Assembly (NCBI GenBank): GCA_008632985.1 | Contig: QPGO01000011.1 | Coordinates: forward strand, 682,001 to 746,000 | From: Psammoneis japonica | Taxonomy: Eukaryota | Direction of reading: 5' to 3' | DNA length: 64,000 nt | Part shown: piece by piece, positions 63,330 to 64,000 of the stretch | Position numbering within the stretch: the first letter of the stretch is position 1 | Layout of the letters: the number at the start of each line of letters is the position of its first letter | Made by a program: the position numbers and the translations under genes | The notes under the pieces: model-generated | Told to the model about the DNA's origin: nothing | The model's database searches: none | What the model saw: the letters and a program-made list of their open reading frames with translations, nothing else

Positions 63330-64000
63330 GATACTACTCGATCAGCAGGATTATTATTTGTGAGACTAACGCTCTTTGCAGGCCTTTTCGATATGTGAGG
63401 CGAGTGAAAAGTGATGTTTAGTGTGGTGTGAACGAATGAAGAATGAACCATGCTGCCGCCGCATGCATTCGATCTCTGCGGTTCGTTGTTCGGCGTGTTT
63501 GAGATTGTTCTTGATAGCATGCCAATGCGTTGGGTGATGTCATCCGACCAAACGAACACTGACGTGGCGAAGAATGAAATGACGACTGTAGATTCTACGT
63601 AGAACTTTCAGTATTATAGAGCAAAACGGTTATCATGACGTGGTTTACCGTTAAACGTGATGCGTTACGATCAAGTAGAATGTACTCTTTTTCGATAGTC
63701 ATAATTGGATGAGTTTCGAATTCAACGGAAAAAGGGCCTTTTCCTGAAAAAATGGATCGAATTTTGAGATTAATAAGTAGGGCTTCAGAGTGATGTGAGA
63801 GCTGAGAGAACTCGACAACAACAACACAACCTTTGCATGCATTCTTCACATTCATCAATAATGAGGAGCTCAGCGAATACTAAATGAGCAACAATGCCAA
63901 CTATGTGGCCTCCCTCCAGGCCAACCGGGTGCAACAAGAAATGTTGCGAAACGTCCTCCGAAACAACAACAGCAATGCCTTTGCATCGGCGTTTCAGGAT

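Overview
This is eukaryotic nuclear DNA, most likely from a pennate diatom. That assignment is inferred from short GT-AG introns of about 80-100 nt, a signal-peptide plus AF plastid-targeting motif and a CoDi-like copia relic. Bases 1-39 kb are a compact gene-dense region: strawberry-notch helicase, UNC-93-like MFS, UBR-box N-recognin E3 ligase, rhamnosyltransferase-like, proline iminopeptidase, asparagine-synthase-like, a Kir-type channel and a 4-exon DOT1-like methyltransferase that the ORF track does not show. Bases 39-61.5 kb are repeat territory: a near-complete CRE-like non-LTR retrotransposon (RT plus restriction-like endonuclease), then two blocks of degenerate DNA flanking an intact ankyrin/TIR-HET-like gene. 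A DUF202/VTC gene ends the window. The main observation is a repeat-associated hypermutation signature that runs opposite to fungal RIP. TpA has been almost erased, apparently converted to TpG/CpA (A:T->G:C). The few surviving TAs are mostly in YTAR context, which implies a 5'-TAY-3' target hit on both strands, and Tyr codons appear converted to Cys/His. In the retrotransposon this happens while CpG is retained. In the older blocks CpG is also lost. The signal fades along an adjacent host-type FG-GAP gene. All counts were made by eye and need computational confirmation. Several genes have homopolymer frameshifts that are probably assembly errors.
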